A stretch of DNA of 64,000 bases from Ophelia neglecta. Its lineage: Eukaryota. Below, in pieces: positions 26,555 through 39,300 of the stretch. The notes below the pieces were generated by a model. The model was not told the origin of the DNA. It ran no database searches and saw nothing but the letters and a program-made list of their open reading frames with translations. Every line of letters starts with the position of its first letter. Positions within the stretch are counted from its first letter, which is position 1. The position numbers were made by a program, and so were the translations under genes. The stretch lies in assembly GCA_965285935.1 (NCBI GenBank), contig OZ260664.1:22506001-22570000 (forward strand). Direction: 5' to 3'.

Positions 26555-27116
26555 CTCATAAAGATTTATGTCATATAACTACGCATGCGGTCTATTGTAA
26601 TTATGTCACTTCCGGAATGTAAGGCAAAATAATAGGCCATACAGAATACTGTCTATGAGAGAGCGTATTTATTTTCGAACCCTATATTGTTGAACACAAT
26701 GTATTATATATATATGTTTCTGTATACGTAACAGCATCAATACATTTTGGGGAGGTCTTTTCAATTTACTATTTATTTATGCGCAGTACCAACACTGAGA
26801 GCTCTGGATCGAAATCCCGCGCCAGGACATTTTCTCCGTCGAAATACTCCATTCAGACTCACCTGTCTATAAATGTCTTCAATTGCGACCAACTAATACT
26901 GAGCTATAGATCGGCAGTGTTTGATACCTCATCATTGCGTATCCAAAATTTATTTTCCCCACTACATATGTAACATCATGACCCCAAACAATGTAAAAAA
27001 TTATAGACTGTACTATAACAATCACGAGGTCTTCGCCACAATTCAAAGCTTGCAATAAACCCCCCATATTAATATATACTAGCAGGCTGCTCAGAATAAT
27101 CAACTTGAAGTGCTAA

Positions 27117-28440
27117 GGGTAGGCTATTTGATATCGGGGGGGGGGGGGGGGCTAAGGAAGCTTTGAAAGAATTTTTTTGTTCTTAGTTTGTAGGAAAGAA
27201 ATAGAAAATTGTTTTGAAGGAGAAGGAAAAATTAGTTTGATGTAATTAATTCTCGGAAAAATAATATGAGAACTAAATGAAGAAGACATTGCAAGCTACT
27301 GCTATCAGAAAGAACGCACCCGTATCCTATTTTCTCTAAAACTATAGCGCTGGGTATGCATAGCAACATCAACTGGGATTTTAATATCTAATCGAAACTT
27401 AATGCGATGTATTTTTCATATACTTCCAGGCAGTCCTTTCTCTGCATATAAACGGTTTTCAAATTCGTTCTTTATATGGAAAGATTGCACTTACAATGGA
27501 ATAAGGCTATTTATTGCTGGATAATTTTTAACCAGAATTTTTCAGTTCAGCGGGAGTGTGTACGCCCTTCACGGGATCATCGCGTCACTTGGAAAACGAA
27601 AAACCAGTGGAATTTGGCAATCAGGCAGAAACAAAACGCCAGCTGACAAATTACTTTTCACAAAATGGTGTTTTTCAAAATGGTGTTTTTCAAAATGGTG
27701 TTTTTTCAATTCTATATAACCACTGACAAGGCAGTGGATGAATAAAATAAACACTAGAAACAGAAAATATGAAGCCTGTGTTTTTGCCACACACAATTTT
27801 ATTTTATAGTAAACATAAGCATTTCCTCGCTATTATAGCGCTGGGGGTGGGGGGGTGGGGTGGTATTTCCGACCCTCGGGATCGGCCTTTTAATTATCCG
27901 TTAACCGAGAATTTAAGCTTTGATTATTTTGTTAAACGAGATTTGACAATTCTTCCTGATTCGGGATCAATGATTCAAATTTACTGGAACCTGGGCATGC
28001 CCTTTTTAGATTTCCTGTGACTAGGGAATCAGTATTTCAATTTATGGAGATGCGAGGAAAAACCGTATTCCTAATAGTTTGACAAATCAAGATTATAAAC
28101 ATTCGGGATTCGCCTACAGCTCAGTAGCCGAAATACTAATCTAAAAGATTTGTGATGGCGAGTTTCATCTCTGTCGAAACGACGCTTCGCCGCTTAAGAT
28201 TTTCGGCACACTCGGGACACCGCAAAATCAAAAGAAATGAACGAGGTCAGTTTTGCGCAGCTCGCTGGCGGCCCTGCATCGGCAGCCAAGAAAAAAAAGT
28301 AATTTAATGCTGAAAAAGAAGGTTTGTCTGTCATGTATGATACAAAAATGTTTTCGTTGCTACGGAAAAAAATTGTTTGGGAAAAAAATGTTCAGCCCCC
28401 CCCCCCCCCCACACACACACATAGAATTTGATAGGGGCCT
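27117..28440. mobile_element. G-run/C-run MITE (possibly PIF/Harbinger-derived) with probable nested insertions
   Basis: taa|gggtaggctatttgatatc followed by a G run and aaaattgttt sub-repeats at the left; the same sub-repeats and a C run at 28290-28410. The right terminus is degenerate. Confidence 0.45.
27661..27706. repeat. 15-bp tandem repeat x3
   Basis: (caaaatggtgttttt)3. Confidence 0.9.
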
Positions 28441-31089
28441 AGACAATAGACAATAGACAACACAAAAAAAGGCCAAACTGCTAAACCGGATTAAATCCCG
28501 AAATAATCTGACGGGCTGAACTATGGTCCATTGGAAAAATCCAGTCCAGCACATTATCCGTCAGACCACCCCAGCAGCAGGTCTTCAGGGAAGATTTACT
28601 GTCTGCTCTACCAGACAGCAACATATTTATCAACCTCTCCACTGCATACTTGTTATCATTAGCAGTGGGGCACTCTGAACTGGACTGGAACTATCTAGAT
28701 CTAAGACGCGAGAAGACGTCACAGCAGGTTACTATGGGGAAAGTGTACGGGTTTCTGTTAGGGCTATGTAATTTAACCATTTTTCGTATGCTGGTATATT
28801 TATGCACATATTGACGTGCTATGAGGGAACTGCATACCTTGGATATTATAAGTCGTTGACGATCGTATACTTTTAAATTGGTTAAACCAAACAAAACGTA
28901 TTCAAATCGGAATTTCCCACCACTACCGCTACTATGCTAATGAGCGTTACATTAGCCTCCTCAAGGGGGGTCACTAGCATCAAGGCCAGAGGAAGATGGT
29001 ATATTTACCTACTTCTTAGTTAATAACTGTAATAATGAAGAACAATTTAATGCCAGTGTAATATCCCAACGAAAGTATTATAGATTGTTCGCAACTAGAA
29101 ATGTTATAATGGCCGTAAATGGAAAAATAAGTGGCATTTTCTACCCAAGAGGAGACATCCAAATGCTCCTAAGTCCCACATGGGAAGAGTTACAACCCTG
29201 GGTTTGTAGACACATATATATCATACATTGGTGTAGACAAAATGATATCCGAGGCGGATGGAATCTCGGGTGTGGTACATGTACTAGGGCCTGTTATGAC
29301 GGGGAGAGGCTCTGGGTTTTGGAAACCAGACCCATTCCTGTATATCTCACAAAATATAGAACCAAACATGTTAATTTGAGGAAAATTTGGACCTGATCAA
29401 TATCAAATGCAATGTGTTGTGATGGAGCGATTTATAATTTAGAATCAGAATATGGGTAAATTTGCAAGAATCTGGTTCCAGTTTTGTATTTAGCAAGTTT
29501 TCATTTTTCAATGAAAACAGAATTTTGTGAGACATTTTTCTGCCATTTCTTCTGTAAATGAACATTGAAACCCACTCATTCATGTAAGAAGTGTTCAAAA
29601 TTGGACCTCATACATCTAAATACGTCTTCTGAAAAACGCGGCACATTTCGTATGCCTACATATGGTATATAAGTGTGACCCCCTCCCCCCCGCGCGCGCC
29701 TCGAGGTTGGAACCTCATCGAATAATAGGTATTTCGCACAAGTTTGCTCACTTTAGAGAGGTAGAGCGGAAGGCCAATTACAGATAATTACCCATTGTAT
29801 ATGCTTATACATTACCAATAATCTGATGGCAAATTAGTTTTAGCTTCATCATATTTGAGGCTTAACTTCATACCACAAACCATTAAATAGTTATTAAAAC
29901 CTAATGTGACCCTATATTTGCTTCTGTTTGCTCGCATTTTTAATTCTGCTCTTGGGGTAGCATTGGCTTGCTGGGGGGGGGGGGGGAGCAAACTAAAGCA
30001 AGTCACTCATTTTTTCCAAACCAAACTATCCCAATTTTAATTGCATGAAATGATTAAATGAGGTTCATAAGCAACACACAAAACTTTTCTAACAACATCA
30101 ACATTTTCTTTTACATTTGACAGTCATTACTTAAAGTTAGTTTCTCAATCACACTTTTTGGGGAAAAAGGTGAGAAACATTAGGCAAATCTTCCAACTAA
30201 AATATATTGTAGAAAGGTAATTGATTTTCATTAAACAAATTCCTAAGTGGAATATCATTCATTAATCTATTCTTGTTCATCCGGCAGACATCGCAAAATT
30301 CTCAAAATTAGCAAATGTATCTGCGGACATTCAGACAAATATACTTCACAATAAAAACTGAAAATAGAATTATGAAGACGTAAAGAAACATCAAGTATAC
30401 CTTTATAATCAAAATCCTTGGACATTTACCTACATGTAGATATAGTCACAAGAGAAAAAAATATAAAAACTGAATTTGAATTCGATTTTAACAGTTAAAT
30501 ATATTTTTTTATTGAAATATAACACTAGATAAATAACTGTAGACAAAAATAAAACTTTTGCCCCAGTACCATGGCATATATGTAAAGCATCATAGGATAA
30601 AAAATGTCAAAAGAAAATAAGCAGGTCGGTCGTTAATTCAGTGGATGGGAATTGAATGAACTTGTTTTATTGAAAACGCAGGAGTTGGCTTGTGCTGTTG
30701 GTTAATGTTGCATGCATTTTCTAATTTTGCTCAACATTTTGCATCCATAAAAGGTTAAAATAAAAAGGCTTAGGATCTAGCCTTGCTGTTTTTATAGAAA
30801 TATTTATGTCACTTTTCCCGATTGGCCCCTTGAACATCAGCTAACTAGGTACACACCAAACATGTAGGTTATATTATTATAACAGTTCTCAAGTCACTGT
30901 TAGCACAATTAGACAAGCCAAAATGAGCATAAATAGACTAGCTTGTGAACAATATAAAAAAAGCCCCGGCGGACATTTGCAAAGATTATGGATAGGTCAA
31001 ATATCAAAGGGAAACAAAAAGGTCGGTCGAAGAAAAAAGGATAAGTTCCTAACCAAATTTTACTTGCATCCGTTATATGCTTTAAATAC

Positions 31090-31129
<40 letters not shown>

Positions 31130-31972
31130 CATGTAAAAATCACAATACAGTATAAGGTATAAAAGAAGAGGTGAATGGCACATAGACAAGCAAAATAGCA
31201 AAATATAACTGGCATACAGGGAAACCTCAAGTAATACACCCACATTACATGACAGGATAGCACCTAAAGGCTTATAAAGTCTTATTTCCAAGATGGTCCT
31301 TCAAAATATTGGCTAAACACTTTATGTCGCCCTCGTATACACGTTAAATCACAAGATGCTTACATCATGAAAATAAAAGCATAAATGTCATGACTAGAAA
31401 TAAAGGAATTCTGACACCTCATCTCTGACCATTTGGTCAGTATAAAAAACTTTCAAAGCTTTTTTAAAGACAGAAATATTGGAACATGATTTAACTCTGA
31501 CTGGTAGGTCATTCCAGAGCTTAGCACCAGCAAATGCAAAACTAGATCTCCCACAAGAACCCACTCTAGGCAGAATTACATCGTGAGATCTGCTCCTTGT
31601 AGAATAATTGTGCGAAATTTTACTGTGGGTACAGATACATTATGGGGGCAGCCCGTTCAAAGATTTATAAACAAGACACACAATATTATAATTTACCCTG
31701 TCCTGAATATTTAGCCAATTCATTTGATGAAAAATGACCCATCGATATGATGCCTAGGATCGAGACCGTGTACAAAACGGATCACCTTATTCTGGGCGGT
31801 CTGCAACATAGTCCACTCCTGGTTCTTTTCTCAGCCCCATTAAACCAAAAACCAGAACCATAATCAAAGGCTGGATCAAGGCATTACATAAACTCTTTCT
31901 TAGATGACCATCTAAACAACATTGCTTTCTATACAGAAACTTTAATCGCATATTTACTTTCTTGAGAACTGA
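31090..31972 (-). mobile_element. 5'-truncated L2/Crack/Daphne-like LINE remnant with (AATC)n 3' tail
   Basis: Minus strand reads NMRLKFLYRK...LCNALIQP, LQTAQNKVIRF, NWLNIQDRV, HNYSTRS, GRSSFAFAGAKLWNDLP, FKKALK with frameshifts. A 3' UTR follows and ends in the (AATC)n microsatellite at 31090-31128. Confidence 0.85.
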
Positions 31973-31975
31973 TTA

Positions 31976-32077
31976 TGAGGGAAAAAAGATTGTTTTGGAG
32001 GACGCAAAAACAAAAATGTTTTGAAAAAAATTCTCACCCCCCACCCCTCCCCCCTACATTATCAAATGGTCGGCCCC
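31976..32077. mobile_element. Right end of the same G-run/C-run MITE family
   Basis: aaaaatgttttg sub-repeats, C runs, then atcaaatggtcggcccc|taa. Its reverse complement resembles the left end at 27117. Confidence 0.5.
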
Positions 32078-34605
32078 TAACGAGGCAACTATCTGACAAT
32101 CTGGACCAGAGCAGTCAAACATACTGTCCTCGACCTCAGTATGGCTCTGTCAAACTTCTACACTGAAGTTTCCTTTACAAACTGTACAAATTAGTCTGGC
32201 ATCATATGTGACTATATAATCTTTTATATGGGATCAATGCCAACTTGTATGGATCAGTGATCTAGAAAATGTCCAATGACGTAACTGCAAAGTTCGTCTT
32301 CCGTAAATATCAGTACACTACTAGCAATATAAAGGCAAAGTAACGCTCCAAAGACATTTTATCCATAAATAAAGGCCAAATTACTGTGTTTGTCAGGATA
32401 GGACAGTGGAAAGTGGCAGTACAATCTAGGTGATTGGACAGTTTGTCCTAACGTAAGTTACCAATACTTCATGAACTAAAAAGACTAGCACGTGTTGTCT
32501 CCGCGGACATTATTTTCTAGTAATCATCGTTTTGGTGACTATGTATAAAGGATTCTATTTATCAGGTAACCACGGGACTATGATCGTGGCATGCAACCAG
32601 TGATTTGATATCAAATGGTCCCTTATTCCCTGCTCTAAGATAGTAGTTATGCTGATCGTGTTAAGCAGATTTCAACATTGTCGTGACTGCTTAGGTCATC
32701 CCTTTCAGCAACTACTCTCACGCGAGATAAAAGCATGGTAAGGTAGTATGGATCATTCAGTTGAGCTATGGGTTAAGCCAAGAAAACGTGGTATTTAATT
32801 CCTGTCGTGGTTAATGCCTCTATACAAACATGCAATAGGCCTATGAAGCTGTGCGAACCACAAGCAACCTTTGATGCACACCCTATATCTAATTCATACA
32901 CATGTCGTTAATGGTGCTGACGGGAAATCTTTAAAATATATCTAATACATATGTGAAGAAGAGTTCGGCAATACCATTTTAAAGCAACATTTGCATCATT
33001 AGAGGGCATGGGAGCCTAGCAGTGGTATGAATAAAAGACATGATCATTACGGCATTGGCCTGCCATTGTATAAAATATTTTCTAAAACAACCATAGTGAG
33101 AAAAGATAAACATAAGATAGCTTAAGGCGTGCTTGTAATATATCCTAATTTATTAAACTAATATAGATTTGTACAATTTCATATACAAACAGCGCAACAG
33201 TGTATTAAAAAAACTACTTTGTAATGTCCAATGGTGCCACCATATCTGAAAACGACAGATGTTTTCTATATATAATACTTAGGCTATGATTAATATGGTT
33301 TAATATGGTTTCATACAATTGAACTACGGTGAAGTAGCTAAAACAACGAACATCTTAACAACTGAATTGGCGTATACTTGTAAGAAAAAAACAGTCACTC
33401 GTGATTTATTTTGTTGAATGCAGAAAATGCAAAACACAAGTTCTACTTTTTGGTATTTCATTTCGTTTATTTGATATCACTGGCATTCTATTTAAGTCGT
33501 TCTTTTCTACGTAATATACAATTATATACAAAGAACGTTTTGATAAATATGATTCAACACCTGAAAACAAATAATACTTTTTAGGCAAATAATGTTATCG
33601 GATCCTAAGATTAACATTGCCATTTTACTTGTTATTTGAAATCATTATAAGCATAGTTTTAAGAGAAAACAATTACAAATAAAAGATTATGAAAACGTAA
33701 GGAACACATCACCCTTTCCTTCACTATTGTATTACTAATTTTCTACCTTCATATCTCATATTCATAACTCTTTATTCGCAATTGCGCCTTCTTTCTCTGC
33801 GTCTTACATGCGTAGGACATTATCAGATTTGTCTAGTGAAAGTGTTTAATATATATTTATACATTTGTTGTCCATGGGTTCAAGTTCCCAAGGTACAAAT
33901 AGAAGGAGTTGTGGGCGTGTATGCCTGAAAACTTCCAAACTACTGTACCGTCAAGAATAGTATAGAACAAAATTTGAAAGTACGTTTATCTATAATGGGT
34001 AAATGCGTTGGTTAAAATAGGAGAAGAATCTCAGATGAAATCGCGGTTTCGAAAAAAAATACAAAGCATTTTATCTGCAGAATTTTTTTGGCCTCGCCTT
34101 AGGTAGTATCCTTGAGCGAAGATTTGATTTTCGACTCGAATTCTGCATCCTAGAGATGGAAAAGCCAGCGATAACAAATGTTAAGCGGAAGTTCAGGAAA
34201 TGAATCTAGCTCTGGGCAGAATTTCCAATGTCGCAAATGTTCCACATACAGCACACATCTGCGACGTCCCAACAATGGCCTAAAATAAAATAGAAAATAC
34301 AATCAAGCTTTATTTTACTTGTTGACTATTATTAATCTGTTTCTGACATTCAATATATATTGATTGGTGTTGCCTCGCATGGAATATTCATTATTCGGTG
34401 GAATTATACTATATTCCCCCTTTCTTTCAGCACATCATGTTAATATGATGACACAGGATGCAGGCCATTCTTGTACTGCGATAGAGTCCGTATTGTGGTA
34501 CCGGTAAAAGTGTGTTTATTGAAGGTTTTGCCTCTCAAAGATGTACTGAAAGTAGCTCATCGATCGAATTGGCCTGTCCTCTCTGTGGCACGATTTGTAT
34601 TTTGG

Positions 34606-34675
34606 TATTATTAATATTATTTACAATATTTGTAAAGCGCCTTACCTTAAAAAGCTCAAAGCGCTTTACATAAAA
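34606..34675 (-). mobile_element. Isolated L2-type 3' tail stem-loop
   Basis: Perfect inverted repeat tgtaaagcgc (34631-34640) / gcgctttaca (34661-34670), followed on the minus strand by an (AAT)-like tail. Confidence 0.55.
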
Positions 34676-37600
34676 ATTTTTTTTATAAAATTGTAAGGGT
34701 AAAGGATTAAATAGCAGTAGACCAAATCAATAAATATATTTAAACAATAAAAAATCAATGAAAAACCAACAACATCACTGTCGCTGTTTTTATTTGCGAG
34801 TTAACTGAACGATAACACGTTACATCCGCACTTGGCCGATAAAGAAACTGTACATATTTGAACGTCCTTGCCACGACTTTGTATAATTCACGAGCATGCA
34901 TTGAAATTATCATCATACTGCTTCCTAACCAAAGACCTGGGCCTTTCTTAATAGCTATTATCAATGGTCTAAGCCTGGGAATAGGATGTGAATCCTAAAT
35001 AAGCGTGTCAAAACATGAATTTGAATATATAGAGTGTATACGTATGTTCAGCAGGCCCAGATTTAAATTTCAAGGTAGTAAAAAAAACCGTCCACTTCGC
35101 TCACTTCCACCCTATAGCCCCTCTCGCTGCCAGCACGTCTTTTTCTCAGGCAATTGCAACCACCCACACACTGCTACCTGCTTCCCATTCCCCCCCCCCC
35201 CCCCCCCCCAAGAGCAAACGAATGTACACGATTATACTTTATGAAGGTTTTTCTCCGCTAACTCATCAACTTATTAGACCACAGTGTACTAGAAAGAACA
35301 ATATAAACAAATGGGAACAACCAGCGAGTACTATCTTTAAGTACTGAAAGTAGTGGGTGAGTTAACATATCGTCTAAAGTACATGTATATCTTATTTAAC
35401 GAAAAATATCTTTATATCTAAATGAGAAAAAACATTGCCTGGCTATGGGATTCCCTCTCTTCAGCAACCTAGTAATAAAATCGTATTCATAAGTGAATAG
35501 GTACACATTTGCCAAGGAGGGCAGTTGTTCCCTGTTGGTGACAATACGCACCTGGAAAAAATGCAGCTTGGCAAATAGGGGTGAACTCCTATACATGTGT
35601 TGTCACCTCGACATTCAATGTGAAAAGCTAGCTTTCCTATGGCTTACATATTTTATTTCACGGGTTGTATCAGCCGTATATTTAAATCAAGTTGCGGAAG
35701 TGTAGTATGTGAGGGGAAGGAAGCGTATCACATGTTGAACATGTGATACAATAATGTTCAGCTTTGGGTTTTATTTAACCCATCTAAACCGTCATTGTAT
35801 TTTGACTGCTTGAGGAATGAAGGTAAAATGCACCATCGGTTAGAAATACTAGCATGCTTACAGATGAATTTATGTCTTTTCGAGGCAACAGATTGATCAA
35901 ACAAACAACGTTTTAGGGACATATCTTAATTTTATGAGTGGATGTTATTTTCAGAACTAACTAAGGAGTCATCTTCACACCACTACATCCGGTCTCTAGT
36001 GTCCATATACGTATGATGAACAAACGGTCATATGATTCGAATATATATTCTAGATGTTGTTCCTGTACATACAAATAGGTTAATGTCCAAACATTGTCCT
36101 GCATTAAGCACACAGAGTCGTACTATAGTGTGCAGGACTATACATTAAAACATGTTCCTGTAAGAAATACATTAGTCTTGAATTCAGAGCTCAGCGCCTA
36201 TTACCTTCGTTCATTTTCGAATTGGATCACTGAGAAAGGAAACACTGGAAAACTCGTGACCCTTTTCCTAAAGGTTGTGTATAATATAATATGCAAAATG
36301 ACAAAACGTTTTCTTTAAATATCACTGAATTTACCAAAAATAAGGATTGGCTCGTGCTCTATAGCGTGGATTTTTTAAACCATATATCTGGACACAAGAC
36401 GGTGAGAGCTAATTGGACCAGACTATGTGGGCAGGGCTGTCATTGTTAACTTCAGTTGACAGGCGACATCGTAGGCAAATTTACAATATACAAGGACCGG
36501 CCCAGCATGAAATTAGCATTAAAGACTACACTTTGTCTTTATTATTGAAATACATTACTCATAACACTGCCAAATGCATTGTGGTGCAAATACAACTTTC
36601 TTTATACCTGAAAGACTGGAAGGATGACGGGGTGTATACAGGTCTTTTAAAGGAAGATTTCCTTACAAAGGCAGCCATGTACTTATTAAATATAAATCAC
36701 CTTACAAGTATAAAGGAATTATGCTTTTTCTGGCGTTTATATACAAGCATACAATTTATATAGATGTATAAATAAATAATAATGTCATTAATCATAACGA
36801 CCATGGACGCCTGTTACAGCTGTAATCTTTGGCCCTGGACGCCAGTGGGTGCATGGTTACAATATGCACAAACTAAAACTAATTACTCCATATAGTCATA
36901 AATTAACTAGGGGTTAAACTGTCATCCATTTAGTTTCGCCTCAGTAAGACAACTAAGTCAACAATATAATTAATTCAAAATAATTCGAAATAATACAGCA
37001 ACTACAATAACTGTGAAAACCAGCAAAAGAAAAATCGTGTTCCCAGTCCTATATACCCTAGCAAAATTATAAAAAAGAGAATAGAAACTTAAAGTAATGA
37101 AATAGTGTAACACTTAAAATAAACCATGAATTATTAAAATGATTAAATGTTGTTAAAAGACTGTTGTTCTTTACCATACTACCCGAGGAATTTGGGGAAA
37201 AAAACAAAACCAAACAGAGTAATATAGAGAAGTGAAGAGAAATGGGAAGCTCGACAAAAGCTCACCCCCCCCCTCACCCCCCCCCCCCCCCCAAAAAAAA
37301 GGAAAAGAGGAACAAAGCAACACCGCCACGACCATCACCACGACCGCCGCCGGGGACCGAGTGGGCCCGCTGAGACCCAAGCAGTCACCACCGAGGCCCA
37401 ACGGCCGCCGCCGCCGAGACCCCGACGGCCAACCCCGAGGGCCCAACCACCAAGCCAAGACAAAGAAACACCAACATGATAATGATAATACGCCCAGAAG
37501 GTGGTTTGTCTTGCGCAAAAGAAACCCCATAATAGTAAAAAATAATTTACCCAGAAGAGGTGAAGAAAAGGGAAAAAAAAGAAGAAACGAGTGTTAATTG

Positions 37601-38694
37601 GTTTGATTAATTTTGTATAGGTATTCCACATCGAACCAGTCCTGTACCTCAAGAGAACACCTCAACCTGTTTAAATTAATATCATTCATTTTCTTTTTTT
37701 TACGTTTAGGATTACATATCATCCCGCCCGCACATTCATAGACAAACACAAGTCAGGATATACAAAAGTTATAATGGTCAATGTAAAGTTTAACCTGGAA
37801 CAACCAAACCAAGTTTAGTGGTTCCAGGTTTAACCAAGTGCTGTCAACTTGTAGATATTTTTTGTTCGTTCCCTGGGTCACGTTCATAGTTAGAAAATAG
37901 CAATATGTCATCGGGTATTGCCATCTGAATGTGTTGGTGCAGAACATTGCCTTAAAGGAATCACTAATAGGTTAGAAAAACTGAAGAGTTTAATCGAAGG
38001 CTAAATGCGTTTATGCTGTCCAATATTATAGGAATACGGGGGCGCTTATTGGTAATCCGATAACATCTCAAGAAACAGTATATGGCCTGTTCCGACACTT
38101 GATGGATAGCACATCGGCCTTTTACATGTACAGCAAACCTTATTGGTCTGCTAACTGCTACGCCTTTTCATGAACAACCTTCCCAGCATGCTAATAACGG
38201 TGTGTGCGGACCGTATCAAAACATGTTGAAGTTTTTTTTTCTCTAAAGAACTGAAATCTGTTGCTGTTCATTTGACACAAATCAATTTAGAACTTGTTTC
38301 TGCCAATATGTAAATTAGTTCAATCACATATTGCTAAAGAGAATTTTTGGATCAAAATGCCAATCTTAGCCAGAACACATGGAAGTCCAATTTATTCTTT
38401 GCTCTTGTTTAATTTAATAGACATGCGCTCAGAAATAGGTTTAAAATGGTTTACTGACAAAGGATACTACTTACGCTTGTTTACTCTAAATGGTTGTGGA
38501 CTTGGGTTTGAATTTAAAACATCTGCATTGCGTGGTTTTATTTGGCGTTCACCGGTGTATCGATTTCGTATCCATTGCTTTAAGTTAATCAGCTGGAATA
38601 GAACATAACATTAGATGTTATATGTTGGCTATAAGTCAAAAAACAAAATACATTGTCTTAATAAACAAGCAACTGTTTTAGAAAGAGGAATGTC

Positions 38695-39300
38695 TGATTT
38701 GATTTGATATCTTTATTTTCCTCCATTTCTGGAGAGTATGAAATAACATATATACATCCTTCAGATTACAACGATTGAGAAAGAGAAAAAAAAGGTATTT
38801 TAGTATATTACAGATACAATTAAATCCATCTATAAGGTATGAGTGACTGTATTGTATGTATGCATACTGAACTTAACCAACACTATGGTCACACGCGATT
38901 GTAAGATTCTAAAAGACAAGTACGAGCAAAGCGTTTACAAAAAGTGGAATATGTAGGCCTACATACATTTCAATGAATAAGATCTTAATACAAATATATG
39001 CCAACAATGTTTAGCTAATCGGTCCTTAGTTTTTAAAGCAATGGCTCGTGGGCCCAGGTGCAAGTTATAAACTTGGCATCTTCTCATGATGGGTGCTGCG
39101 TTGCTTCAAGAGAAACGCATCACTATTAAGCAAGGGACGAAACATGTTTCTGAGAATCAAACCGAAAGGGCGAACATGATAAAATACCTTTGTCTTCCTT
39201 CACGAGCCGGGAATGATATTGTTTTTGAGCAAGCCATTTCGTGTGTTTGTCATTGCTGGCAATTTACAACTAAATTTGCCCACTGTGCACTGTGTAACGA
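38695..39300 (-). mobile_element. Possible LINE 3' end remnant
   Basis: Minus-strand tail AATAAAGATATCAAATCAAATC (38695-38718), with weak ORF2-end-like peptides (YNLHLGPR...FVLRSY) upstream. Confidence 0.3.

Noticed and set aside
26790-26880. Degenerate tRNA-SINE head (ggatcgaaatcc B-box-like)
   Set aside because: No clear A box, tail or TSD; too eroded to support.
37171-37652. Overlapping 105-121 aa ORFs on both strands
   Set aside because: Low-complexity by-products of GC-rich, stop-poor sequence and homopolymer runs.
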